The position numbers were made by a program, and so were the translations under genes. The notes under the pieces were generated by a model. That model was not told the DNA's origin and ran no database searches. It saw only the letters and a program-made list of their open reading frames with translations. 64,000 bases of DNA, from the NCBI GenBank assembly GCA_023213395.1, contig CM041465.1, positions 249,743,741-249,807,740 of the forward strand, given 5' to 3'. Position 1 is the first letter of the stretch, and every line of letters starts with the position of its first letter. Origin of the DNA: Cycas panzhihuaensis. Lineage: Eukaryota; Plantae; Cycadophyta. Below are positions 1-13,999 of the stretch, one piece after another.

Positions 1-899
1 AATATTTTTGGCTCATAAAGTTTGTCATACTAGTTCCTGATATTGTCTCATAGTGGATTAATACTAGCTCACACAATACATATATATATTATTCTTTGAT
101 GGCAAAGATCATTACCATGTGCATGTGGTCTTCAACATCCTACTATGTCAGCTTGTTTCCTAATTTAGTTGTATAACTCTAAGATGATATCTTACTAGAA
201 TCTTCATTTGTGTTTCATGATCTCTTAACCTAATCTTTAATGCCATGTTAAAATTTATTGCATACAATAATAACTTATGTAATAAAGTAGGAGGAATGTG
301 AAACATTCACTAATATATAACTTGTAGTGAACAATATGAATCATTCATGAGGTCGTTGTGATAAATATTTAGCACAATAAATGAAGTATATACACATTAA
401 TATAGCACAATAATCACATAAGAAAGATATCATCATGAAACACCTAATTTAGACTTAGAAATCTCTAGATGCGAAAAACCATGAAAAAATGATGGACCTC
501 TACTCTCTCTATTAGATCGTCTAAAATATTCAAATGATATGTATACATATTTATAAATCCATCTCTTCATATATAAACTAATAATTTTATGTTAATACAT
601 CAACCAATTAACTCATATATGATAACCTTTCATATTAACCAATGATGTTAATTTATTTCCACTTGTACTTATCTATTATCAATTACTAATAAATATTTAT
701 GAATTATATAAGTTAATATACCTAACCATAAACCAAAAATAATTGTTCTTTCTATATCATGGATTCTTACTTTGTGTTTACTAGAGATTACCATTTGGGA
801 ATGAGATGTGTCAAGATCTTAAATAAGTGTTTCTATGGCTATTAAGACACAATGTTAGCACTTGTATAATACTCTTCTCCTCTTCTTTTCTTGCAAATT

Positions 900-2750
900 A
901 TTTGTTATTAGTATGCAAAAACCCTTAAATTAATTTTTTAGTACACTTTTTATAATTATTTTCTCTAAACCAATCTACTTTCATGATGGAGACACAAAAT
1001 ATCAATAATAAAGGGGGTATATCTCTGATGAATTGTACCATAACCATACCCATTTTAACTTTCAAATTCATCATTGAATTATTGGATAATTATAACCTAA
1101 TTGCTTGATCTACTGAATGTATCTTTCCTTGTGACCTATTTTATTAATTAATTAGAATTAACCATCACTTTAGTACATTGTTTAAATAATTAATGATGTA
1201 ATTCTTTTACTATAAATACTAACAACTAGATGCTTATTTTTATAAATCATGTAATGATACATATAATAGACCTATATAATATCATCATTAATAGATATAT
1301 AATGGATAAAATCCTTAGCAAAATCAAGTGTCATCAAAACTAATACAATATATAGGGTATGCTTCAAGGCTTCAAAATTTAATAAGATTTATCATCTCAA
1401 ACAAAAGAAATGTTTCTTTTTTTGAATAATTTATTTAATAAAGAATCTTTATCAATGAAATATGTGATAAATCATCTCATATAATAGAAATTTTAAAGCA
1501 ATGATTTAATTTCTTTTGGAGTTTTAGCTACAAACATGTCAAACATAACCACTAATTTATTTGGGTCAACATGATATCCTAAATAAAGATGATAAAACCC
1601 AAAAGAAAAATCTATTTATAAATAACACCAAAGATGTATTTTAGTGGATTCTAGATATTTCAATATTTTTTAACATCATTCAAAGACTAATATTAGGTCT
1701 TGGTTATGATCTTTGTTTTTTAGGAATGGCCTTTTAAGTCATTAGTGTATGCTTCAACAAATAGATTAATGGCATTATCAAATAATAAAGTCATAGCATA
1801 TTGGTATGTGTCCTTTATATTAATGAGGCAAAGGTACCCCAAAGGGATGTGAAGGATATTTTGAGTTAGTTTGTCTTAGAAATAATAATCTTATGGTAAT
1901 AAAATAAGCCATCTATCAAAGACATGAATCCCTAATAAGACACTTGGACAAATATTGAATTAATAAATCATTTTGGAAAAGTATATTTTTAACATCCTTG
2001 GAGTAAGTTTAGAAATCAACATATATATGTGCTTACTCATTCATATTCATGATACAAATGATATTAAGAGCCCACTCTAGATAATTTATTTCAGAAAGAA
2101 GCTTATTAATAAAAAGATTTTAAGTTTTCTTTTTAATCACATTGCATCATTATAGTTTAAATGTAATTTTTGTCTGATAAACGTAAAGTTTATCTTGGTA
2201 ATAATGTTGTGAACCCTAGTTATTTAGTTTGTTCTAAGAATTTTGGTGTAGTTCTAAGTCAATAAATCTTAGAAATTGTAAAAGAGTTATATGTATTCAT
2301 TTTGCTTCTATGAGGAGCATTTAATTTTAAGTTTGAGAATTTCAAATTTATTAGTGGTCGAGATATCCACTGAAATGGTTTTATTAGGTAACCTTATATT
2401 TCTTTCCTTAAGGTAATAAGGGTTCATAAGGATACGATTGTTAAACCATCAAAGTCAATTAAACCTTGGGGAATATAATTTATTTCTAACACTAAGACTT
2501 CTATCTCAATATTGGCTTTTATAATTTCGATTTAAGTGAAAATACTACTAGGGGATGGTTCAACTTGATAAATATATTTATGGAGATAATCCTATTATGG
2601 CATGTTCTCATTAAATATAAACTCTAATATGGCCTCTTTATCCTCAAATATACATATAAATAAAAGATTTCTTAAGATGGGTAAGTCTTCAACTAGCTAT
2701 CAAGTTTAGAATTTACATCTTTAATTACAATGTTTTATTCCTTGAGCATG
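900..2750 (-). pseudogene. Highly degraded Ty3/Gypsy (Tat-like) pol remnant
   Basis: Minus-strand RT motif relics: PWGTFA-like at ~1826-1846 and TYQYAMT at ~1790-1815. No open frame; boundaries approximate. Confidence 0.4.
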
Positions 2751-5700
2751 GGAAATTCTCTATGTGATCTACTAAGAGCCAAATAAGAAGATCCACTATT
2801 CTCAAGTTGATATTAAAGATTCATTCGTCTTCAACTAATAGAGTTATTTAGTTTTTACTAATAGAATTGATAGGATGATCTTTAAATTCACTTCTTAAAG
2901 TAATTTTTATTTGTTTTCCATGCATGATGTTAATTTCACCATATACAAAGGATGCAACCATGACCATTTTTATTTTTTTATGATCATATTGGCACTTACA
3001 TGTGTCCTAGCCCCAATGATAGAGTTTTCATAGTGCATAGTTCTTATTTGAGACTCATTCATGTACTCATAGGTTTTAATACTCTTTTTTGACATGTATA
3101 TACCTAGTTCATGTGTATGCTAGGAAATTTTATATCCTTTTTATAGTTGTTGATGGATAAATTGTATAATATTGTTATATAGCCTTTTTTCATAGTACAA
3201 TCCTTAGTTTCATGTTTGGTTTACATGACCAAGGGCTAAGGCCAAGGCCAAGGAGTTAGCTGGCCAATGGCCAACTAATGTAATTGTTCTTTATATGAGA
3301 GAATGTATGGAGGCAAATATATGAAGGCATAAAGAGTTAATCATATGAGGATAATACACGGGATATCATATTAAGAACAAGAGCATGACTAATATGAGTT
3401 TAATTTCTTCCTACCTATCTTAAATAATAATGGAATTAATGACCAATAAATTAGTGTTATGGTTTAGTGTCCACTTCCCTCCTCTTCTTTTTTTTGTGGC
3501 CATCTCTATCCTTGTGTAAATTGACTGTGCACATTTCACTCTAGGTGCATTCTACCCCTCTAATTTTAGAATTGCATATTGGATCTTCCTCATCATCATT
3601 AACTACTTTCTAGTCCATTTTACGTAGTTTCATTTTTCTGCATTTTTCTTCCATCCCTTTCCATGTAGTTCCTTTGTAGTCAATCCTTATTCTTCATTGT
3701 AGTCTTCCTTACTTTCTTTAGTATGTCATTTCTTCCTTGTAAAATCCTAATTATTTCTATTATTTGCCCTTATTTCTTTAAGCATGTCATTGATTTTCTC
3801 ATTTATATTCATATCTTCATTGCAATATTCTCTAGCACTGTTCCTCTTAATTACATCTTTAGAATCCTCCTACATCATACCTTCCTCTATATTCATTACA
3901 GTTTTCCTATAACTTAGTTTATTTATGTCCTCACTGCATTCATGTTACATAGTTCTAATTAAATTCTTCGAAACATAATTGTGTTTCTATGTAATTATAT
4001 TTATCTTTTTTTTATTTCTATATATTTATCTTATGATTGTTAAATTTATCTACATCTTATTCATCCAAAATATCTTGACTTAACTTATTTGAAATGGATA
4101 TTAACTACCTAAGGGAATGAGCAAACTTATGTCCTTCCTTGTACAATTTGAGAGATGTCTTCCTTTTCTTACCATATATTCATAAGACTATGCTAACTCA
4201 AGATGATCTCCTTATGCTACTACAACTTTGACTCTTTCTTATGTATCTCTATACACTTCTTAAGTGTTGGTCTTTTGATCCTCCCCATTCATGCTTACCA
4301 TGTTCTAGGCTTTTGCATTAATAATAATACATATGTTCTCTTACAAAAATAAATGCATATAAATGGTGGTCTTAGTAAAGTAAAATCTACAACAACTTAA
4401 ATTATGCTCTTCACGTTCCTTTGATAAGGCTTATAACCATAACGTCTATAGCCTTTGTAGATTGAATACCCTCAACCATCTCTATGAAGTGTCATCCCAT
4501 TTAATCAACCCTGATCTATTACATAAGGTTATAATTGTATTGAAAATCTAAGAATTAGGCTCATCATATAAATTAAATATGTGTCTCCTTTAGTGGCCTC
4601 CTCCATAGCACAAGCCTCAATTTGCCTCCTTTTCATGAACCTACATATATTCATGCAATCTTATATTTGTTTTTGTCTTTTCCCCCCTTATTTGTTCATT
4701 TATTTTATCATGTTCTTCATTTAGTTTACGTTTGTCTTGATTCCATTATATAACATTTAACACATATAAATTTGATTTAAAACAAAATGGACACGAGTTC
4801 TAAATGGATGTTGTCCCTTACATAAACAACATTATATGTAAGATAAAATAGATTACAAAGAGTTAAATAGGACTTAGAAATTAAAGCTCATGGGGTTAAA
4901 TATTGTCAAGTGCAACACCCTTTTAAAAATTTATGTTGACCAAATTTTTATATAATAAATGTCTTTTATGTTTAAAAACCAAAGGAAATAGGGTTTATCT
5001 TAATGAAAATAAATTTGACTTACTAATTAGGGAGAAGGTTCAAAGATGTTAGGAAACCTAGTAGATGTTAGGACTACTAATGTGTCCACTTTTATACCCT
5101 TGTAGTGTATTACTTGAGCCATCTACATTCATATATTCCTACTTGTTCTCAATAATCCTTTATTTTTTTAGTCTAAATATCAGTTAAGTTAGAGATCTCT
5201 AGTCATTATGGGTTTGAAACTCACAATCATTTCGTACATAACCACATCATTAAGACTTCCATATCTATATTGAGAGGGGTCCCCTCCCTTGGTCCTTCTG
5301 GTAACATCATCAAATCTACCATCGATTCCCTTTGGCTTTCCTAAGTCTTATAATAGACCTAATGAAGATCTTAAGAAGAATATTGATGTTTTTTCACAAT
5401 TATATATGTCTATCATAACACTATGCAAATAAGACTATTCTATCACATTATCTCAATTGATGTTAGTAAGTACTAATACACTAAGTTGCTTGAATAATAT
5501 ATACAAGATACTAATGCGTTGTTAGTGAAATTTTTAGAACATATTATGCTACTAAAAATGAAAGATAAAAGCATCCATCACCTAACTTACTAAATTGTTT
5601 AGAACATCATGCGTAAAAATAAATTTTATAGTTTACTTGTTCAAGATGTTCCTTATTATGGTCATCCATAAAATGGTCCTAATTATAATAAGTGGTAGAG

Positions 5701-6083
5701 GAATGCTCCTTATCAACACTATGGAGGAACAAATCCTCTTATAATGTCACAGTTCAAATGACTCGTAACACCTCACATATATCCATTTTGTATGAAATAG
5801 TGTTTATTTCATTTCTTTAAGATTTTCTTAATGTTGTAATAAAAATGCATCGCTTATTATAAAATGGGACCTTTCTACTGCCCTATTAAGTGTGGAATGC
5901 ACCTTGATATATTTCATGTTTACGATTATAATGTTTTATGCTTATTCATATATGTGTGTGATATGTGCATAAGGATATTTTAGTGGGCAAGTGCCTAAAT
6001 TCTTGTAAAATATGTAAATAATATCCACAAATAATAGAAGTAGGATAGATTGTTCAAAAGAAAATAAAAATAAGAGGGGAGAA

Positions 6084-6164
6084 TGTGATATGAATGAGGA
6101 AAAAAATCCTAGGGAAAAATATAGAAGTTGCTACCTTTATATTAGATTCCTTATGTTTAATGAG
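6084..6164 (+). repeat. Possible start of an old LTR split by two later insertions (would continue 18001-18174 and 34768-35038)
   Basis: Purine tract GAGGGGAGAA directly before TGTGATAT at 6084. After removing the two TSD-flanked elements, the joined sequence ends ATATACA at 35038, followed by TGG. Confidence 0.3.
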
Positions 6165-6976
6165 TGTTAACTTCCCTTTTCCTTCTTAGAAGGGGCACTT
6201 GTCAAAGGTCATTTTTTATAGTCTAGATTAGGAATTCTTGTCAACATATAGGTTAATTACATACATATATACAAGATAAGTTCATAATATGATAATAATC
6301 ACAACATTTTCATCCATCATATCATCATAAATCAATCATAAGTAACATCAAAGACATATTTTCCATATAACTTGATTATTTTATTAAGTAATATCATAGT
6401 TTACATCAATTCCATTCTATCATATGGCTATTTGTCAGTATATTTCCTTCAATAATACAATGCACTTGCCATACATACTAGAAAACACATCATAAGATAT
6501 GATAACTTGACTCTAACACTTTAAATGACAAGAGAATGACCTATAATTACTCTATGCATGCCTTTTAGGGAATGATTGTGACCAATAGCCACAACCATCC
6601 TTTGTAAATAACACACACCTCTTGGTAATTAATTTGTTGCTTAATTAATGATTACACTTGATTAATCTTATTACAACTAATTGCCCATATGTCCATATGG
6701 ATCTGGTTGCTATGGGCTTGTATTTTACCCGTTCTGGGTTGTTCATTACTTGCACATTCTAGTTATAGCTTTGTTTTATTGTGCATCCCTGTTTTGGAAT
6801 GCATCATATTATGCATTCTTTAAGAGGCTATTTTTTATATTTTATGTTAGAATCGCATGCATTCCACTGCTAGGATACCTTTTAGGCTACTGGCTTACAC
6901 TCACAATATCTTATTAAATGCTAAATACCATTCATTCCGTTGTCTAAATGCATGGGTATCATATTTGACCCTAACA
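6165..6976 (-). repeat. 3' LTR of Athila-like element (812 bp)
   Basis: Starts TGTTAAC, ends CTAACA; colinear with 16274-16367 and ~17370-17995. Confidence 0.85.
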
Positions 6977-7499
6977 ACTATGTTAGGTCAATAAAAAATG
7001 GTCTAGCATCCTTACTTTAAAAAAATTTAAATTTTTTGTGTTACCTTCCTCCTCCTCCTCTGAAATAGGACTGCTCCTATAGTTAAGGATCATTTATAGT
7101 CTAAATGGCCTTGAGTAAATATTGATTAGTCTAGGTTAAGGTGGTAATTATTATATCTTTTTCTTTTAATTTTTCTTAGAAAATAACAATCTCCACCCTA
7201 TACCCCTTCTCTATTTCTTTTACCATTTAAACAATTTGTTTATCCTTATCCTTCAATGGGTTTTGTTGCTGAAAGGACCCTTCCCCCAACTTTATGACTA
7301 TTTAAAATGGTGACTACATCTCCCATTCCTTAAGTGATGGTATATTTTAAATGTCTTCCACTTCTGCATGTCTAGTTTAACACTCTTCTTCACCACCTAT
7401 TCAGATCATAATGAATTAGGACTGATCAGTTTCTTTTAAATCCATTTCACCACTTTCACCATTTATTTCTTCCTCTATCTTTTCATTTTAGAATCCTAA

Positions 7500-8190
7500 A
7501 TAATTTTAGGAAATATATTTACCCATTGCTTTATTATTGATTCCCCTTGATGAATAGGCATATGTAGAGGTTGGGCTTTAGGGCATTGATGGAATAATAT
7601 TGGTAATAGGAGTGATGGGTATTAAAAAGGATGAGTTTGGATCACCTTTATCTACTACCTCATGTTGGTCACCATAAATTAATATTAATTAAATTATATG
7701 CCATCCAAAATTTATGGTAGTACTAGCATCATATCATCAAGAATATAAGTATATTTTTATTTAGACAAGAACTTGGCAATAATCACTTTGTCCATCCACT
7801 GTAGTCATTCATCCCTAATATTTGCAATCTAGATACCTCTTGAATAAGTTTGGGTAGTTTCTTTTACATAACTCCCATACCTAAGTTTCTCATTCTACTT
7901 CTGATCTTTTGTAATTGTTGGAGTGTCCCTTTCCTTAGGAAGCCCAGTGACTACATGGACCATGTTAGCATCTAATTACACCATCCCCATGTCTCTTTCT
8001 AGGGCCATGATAATTTGATCTATTAACTCCAAATTTCAGTACAATGGTGTCATGCAAATGAAATCACCCCAATATACCTATTTAATTTTCCCTCAAAATA
8101 TGGCTACCATCCCCTCTAATTTTAGCTATTAGTTTTAGAAGGTATGTTTGTTGTACACATGTAGTCTTCATCTTGACCCTATGGCTGAAC
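7500..8190 (-). pseudogene. Degraded sense-strand extra ORF 3' of integrase (PMD/plant-transposon-protein-like)
   Basis: One frame from 7984, read through stops: MV*LDANMVHVVTGLPKERD...SRGI*IANIRDE*LQWMDKVIIAKFL...DGI*FN*Y*FMVTNM...HPF*YPSLLLPILF. Family call is from motif resemblance only. Confidence 0.55.
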
Positions 8191-8999
8191 TACTGAAACA
8201 AATAGTAAATATAATCTAACAAGAATAAAGTGAAATGTAATAAATTAATGCTAGAAGGTCCAAACCTAAATTTGATCCTTTAGTGGGACACACTGTTGTT
8301 GTGTACTACTGCAAGTGTTTTGTGCATTCATTATCCAAGATGCACATTGTTTCAAGATTTAACCTTGTCAAAATTTATCTCCAAGTCTTTGTTTTAGGCT
8401 TCTTAGGATTTCTCCTTCCATGGTAAGAATGAGGCACTAAGTGCCTTAAATTAAATGCATTTTCATCTACGTTCCTCTATCAGAATACAAGTAGGAATGC
8501 ATTGTGTAAATATTCACTATGCATACTTCTAACTAGTGTGTTCTTGTTCTTATTCCATTTTTAGAATACAATGTGTATTTTATGGAAACTATTACTAAAC
8601 TCTCTTTATTTTTTAGCACCTTTTCACCATAGTTCTTTTTTTATTAATATTCTATTTTCAATATATCTTCATTTATCTTTTTTTTTTTTAATATATCTTT
8701 TTTTTTTCTAATAATATTTCTTCTTTAGTATGTCTCTATGTCTTTTATTAATATAATATTTTCCATATGATTTTGCCCATAATTTTGTTTAGATGTATGA
8801 TATTTTAATTTATAGTCATTTTTTCTTTTCTTTTTATATTTTGTGTTTATGTATCGAGGTAAGCACCAAGACAACCTCAACTACACATAATTTCAATCAA
8901 TACACTATGGTATATCCAATTGATTCTTGTTGGAACAATACCCTAATGGTGATAAGGTTTTAGACTACTACCATTTGCCAATGTTAGCCACTGCAATCC

Positions 9000-11900
9000 A
9001 TCAATTTCCTTAAATTAGATGGGACCATTCTCAAAGATCTTATCCATTATATAAACCTAACCACCTCATCTTTAATTTCCCTAAATGAGTTTAGTATTTG
9101 TTATTATAAAGCAATATTTGATCTTCTTAATTGAATTAAGGTTATTTTAGATAGTAGTCATGCAACGCCTTTTGTCTGGTCTTCTCTATCTCTTATAACC
9201 ATTATGCTTTTTGTTAGTCTTTTCTAGTTGTATTTATTGTTTCAACCTTTTGAAAAGTGACTCTATCATCTAGTTAACAAGCGACTACTACCTTTAAAAT
9301 AGAAATATGAAATTCAATTGGAATAATGGATTTGATTTTGTACACTAGTTTGAATGGAGTTTGGTTTATTGCTTATTTATACATGGTGTTGAATGCCCAC
9401 AACACCAAAGGTAAATTTTCTTCTCAACTAGATCTAACAATATCATAATTCTTTTTTAGGTAGCTCTCAAGGATTTTATAGGAACTTTCTACTTAGCCAT
9501 TTGCTTGCAAATAGTAGGAGGTTGATTTATGATGGCTAATAATAAACATAGTTGTTAATTCCTTAACAACTTCATTTTAAGAAATGTGACCCTTGATCAC
9601 TTACTAACTTGAGAGGGCAATTGAATCTTATGATAATCACTTCATATAGGAATCTTGTTATGTTGGCTACATCTGCCTTTTAAAGTGGTCATGCTTCTAC
9701 CCATTTAGCTGCATAATCAATAGCCACTAAAATATATCTTACTTAGGATTGATATGTTGTTTATTTAATAAGACCTACAAAATCTAAGCCCCGTTTTTAA
9801 AATGGTGCTAATGACAACATTAAATTGAGTGGATTGAAATCTTAGTGTTGTGGCTTGCAAGTTCTTTGAAATTGGTCGCATTTCTTTACCCAATTCCAAA
9901 CATCTTAAAAAAGTGTAAGGTATAAAAAAACCAACAGTTAGAACTTTCCTCCATGTGTTTTTTTACCCTATATAGCCTCTTAATATTCCCTTATAAGCTT
10001 AAGAAATAACTTAGTGGATCCTATGAGGCTGAATGCAGTGGTATAATATGTTGTCTAGCCTAAGTTGATATAATTTCCCATAGATTAGTTAATAGGATTC
10101 TACTTTTTGAACTAAATTTTACCTTTGTGTTTTATCCATATATGGTGGAAATGTACTAGTTATTAAGAATTCTAAGATGTCTTCATACCATTTTGTAGGA
10201 ATAACTTCCACATTGAATAATGTTGCATTAGGGAAATTACCTTTTACTTTGATAGCCTTCTCTCCATTATCTATTTGTGATAGTTGGTTAGGGATAATAT
10301 GTGCCTTCTTTGGTTTCACCATAATTTTAAAAGTAAATTCCTAGAAGAGCATTAATCACTTATTGATGTATCATTTTAGTAATAGTTTGTTGATGAGGCA
10401 CATTAGGGTCTGACAGTCCATGCCAAAGATGAAGGGATTAGATAGTAGATAGTGTCAAATTTTTCATAATGCATAGACCATTCCTAGACGTCCCTCTTTA
10501 TAGTCATATTATTTTGCTCTTCTTTTATTAAATTTGTACTAGTAAAATAAATAAGATGATCCATATTATTTTCTCTAAGTTGTATTTATATACATTCAGT
10601 TGTAAATTGTGAAACATCTACATGTATATGGAATAACATATTCTAATTAGGGAATTTGAACACAGGGGTATAGGCTACAATTCATTTTAATCCCTTAAAT
10701 GCTCTATGTTAATTGAGTCCCCATTCCTAATCCTTATGATTTTTTAATAGGCACTTAAGAGGTCCAGAGATATGCACATATCCTTTATAAACTTTTAATA
10801 ATAAACAGTTAATCCAAGGAATCCATTAAGTTATTTCCTTGATAAGGGTTATGGATAATATAAAATTGTGGCCACTTTAGCAAGATCTATTAATAAACTT
10901 CTTTGCTAATAATATGATGTAATAAATTACTAAATGGTACTAAAAATGCACATTTTTTTAAAGTTGAGATACAAATTATTCTCTCAACATATTTGTAGCA
11001 TCACTTTAAGATTTTGCATAAGATTTTTCATTATTCCATACAATGTCCAATCATCTAAAAATAATGCCATTATTTCTCTTATTATTTTCTTGAAAATGTT
11101 AATTACTGTTCTCTAAAATATAATGGGTGTTTGTTAAACCAAATGGCATCATCTTATATATATATGTTCTTCATTTAGCAATGAATGTGGTTTTTGATTA
11201 GTTATCTATAGTGATATTGACTTGATTTTAACCATTTAATCCATTAGTGGAGGAATAAACTTTGTTTTCTCCAACTATTTCCAATACATCCTCTAGAAAT
11301 AGAATTGGGAATATGTCTTTTTCTATTACTTTATTTAATTGATGATAATCCAAGTATATCTTGATTTTTTCATTCTTCTTAGGAAGCATACTACAAGACT
11401 CACATAGTCACTATATTCTACCTTATAAGTATAATTGACTTCAATTATTTTATCTAGCTCATCTTTCGCTTTTTCCTTATATTTTATATTCATTTTGTAT
11501 GGTCTTTATTTCATAGGATTGGCACCTTTTATCAAGTCTATGTGGTGTATTCTTATTTTTGGAGGAACCATACTATAAGACTCACCTAGTCATTGTATTC
11601 TACCTCACAAGCATAACTGACTTCAAGTATTTTATCTAGATAACCTTTCTCTTTTTCCTTATATTTCATATTCATTTTGAATGGTATTTATTTCATAAGA
11701 TTGACACCTTCTATCAAGTCTATGTGGTGCATTCCTAGTTTAGGAGGAATGCTTTTCAAATCCTTGTAAGAATAAGAAAAGCAACATTAAATTCCTCAAA
11801 AGATGCTTGTACTTTAGCTATGGTTCTGTCATCCTAGCAATCTCTAATTATAATATTTTGGGGATTTTCCTTTATTTCTAAATTTACTTTAGTAGTTTTA

Positions 11901-13800
11901 ATCTCTTCACTATTAATCTACTAATCCTAAATTATTTGATGTATAGGGACTTCCTCTATTTCACTTTGGTCATAATGGAATTTTGTATATTTTGGAGGAA
12001 AATTATAAGCTTCCTCCTCCTTTTTGTCATTATCTCTATTCTCTATAGTTCTTATAATTGACGTGGATTTTATTTGTTCTACTTCTATGCTCATTTGTTT
12101 AATACATTGTTATACCTTATTTATGATTTGGTTTTGGATGAGTGAGAAAATAATTTCATAAATAACTTTTTAGAGTTATGTCAAGAAACTTCACAAACTC
12201 ATCTTTAGCTAAGAAAGCATTTCTTACTTGACCTACCTAAGGTATGAAAAAATAGATGACCCTACTTGGATTTTGGGATGCTTCTAGTCCTCCATGCTCA
12301 TTTGCATCTATTAAGGTTCTTTACTAGGCATTCTCCCACTAGAAAAGGGGTAATAGGTAGTTCTTTAGTTGAATTAAATCTCAACTGAAAGGTTGATTAG
12401 ATACCTATCCAATCCTAGAGCAGATTTTAGTGGGCTAAATACCAACACTAGGTTTGGTCTCATAGGTTACGGATAAGGTCTATTACCCAATGATATCTAT
12501 CGCAGATCCTATGTTCCAACTAATATTCCATATATTAAATTATATGCTCAGTACATTCTAACTTATTTCCTAAAAATGAAGTTAGTACTCTTTTGGAAAA
12601 GGATGGTTTTAACTTGTCTTTACATATGGGATATTTGGAAAGGGATTCTTTTGAATTAGTTTTATATAACATTACCTCTTTGGGACATGAGCCCACAAGA
12701 TGGTTTTTTATATGATCCTCACTTAGAGGTTGTACCTTGAGAGAGGAAGTTGAGGAATTGGTTCTCTCAAGAATACGTAGGGTGTGATCCCACTATGGGT
12801 TTTAAGTCTAAGGTAGAGGGGGGGAGGGATGGGATAAGGGTTGGAAGAAGATTGGCCAAATTTTCTAAACTAGATCAAATAAGGTTAGGGTTAGGGCTAG
12901 GGTTAGGGTTAAAGGTAGAAGAAATGGGATTCACTTATAATTTAACTTGTATCCTATTTCTAGAGTTTTCTATTATATATACATTAACTAAAGGTTCATT
13001 CAAATTTACATTAACTCTTAGTTCTCCTATTTTATTATTAGAACCATTATACTCAAAATGATTATTTATTTAATTAATGTTATTTGAAGTATATATAGAA
13101 AATAGATTGTAATGAAAAGAAGGGGGATCCACTTCATAAGACTCCCTCATCTAGTAAGTGATCATATTTTTTGTTCCTTATTCATTGGAGGAACTTTTTG
13201 GTTGGAGCTCCCTATATTAGTTCAACTCATATTCTTCTACACTATTCATAGTGTTGGTCTCTTCGTTAGTATGGTAGAGATTCACTTCATTGGATGCCGA
13301 GGATGTTTCTTCATTGGCTATTATAGTGTTGGAAGCATCATTAGGTACCACCTCCACTATATACTTTCCTTTGTTCAACATAGGCAATACTATTTCATTG
13401 TTCACATTAGTCAAGGAAAATATCACATGCTTCGAGCTTTATAAGCATTTTGTTTTATATAACCATGGCCTTATTAATAAAGCTATATAAGTAAAAATAT
13501 TTTTAATGGTTTCCACAATTATAAAATCTACTAGCACTATAATTTTGGCCATATTAATATTGATATTAGGAAGGCATCCCACTAATTTCACCCATCGCTC
13601 ATTTGCTAATTTAGGAGAGTAATTAATGTGTGTCAATTTAGGGATACCTAAATTTTTTTATGTAGGCATTAGTAGAACATTTAATACGACACCTCCATCT
13701 ATAATCACATTTTGGAATGTCTCCCCAAGAATATTGATAGTGACTAAAGGGTCAATGCCACATGATGGCTTAATTTTGTTGAGGTTCTTTGATATTTTTG
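9000..13800 (-). pseudogene. Degraded pol (PR, RT, RH, INT) of Athila-like element
   Basis: Protease NVIIDGG at ~13685-13715; RT ~10800-11850; RH/INT junction ORF 10119-10322 (KWYEDILEFLIT); integrase GLDF and RYILVAIDYAAKWVEA at ~9690-9810. Many stops. Confidence 0.8.
11381..11750. repeat. Tandem duplication (~182 bp x2) within the RT N-terminal region
   Basis: 11381-11562 and 11563-11750 are colinear (catacta.aagactcac...atcaagtctatgtggtg). Confidence 0.85.
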
Positions 13801-13999
13801 TTGGTTATAATATTCTACCCTTGATCCATTCAATCACTTGTTCTATAGGGATTATTAATTATAATTTTTTTGTTATGTTTTCCATTATCATGAGCATTCA
13901 TGGAATATCTTCTCTCGATCGTGCCTTAAATAGATCCTATACCTTTAATGTAGGACTCAATTGGTTCTCCCACTATTTTATTTGGTAACTCCTAAACTC

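Noticed and set aside
2750-6080. Possible further LTR fragments (also 350-800 and 61000-63100)
   Set aside because: Too eroded to assign termini, TSDs or coding motifs by eye.
12883-12910. (TTAGGG)n-like run resembling an interstitial telomere or G-quadruplex
   Set aside because: Only 4-5 units, lying in the PR-RT spacer of the Athila-like pol, where the minus strand encodes a Pro-Asn repeat.
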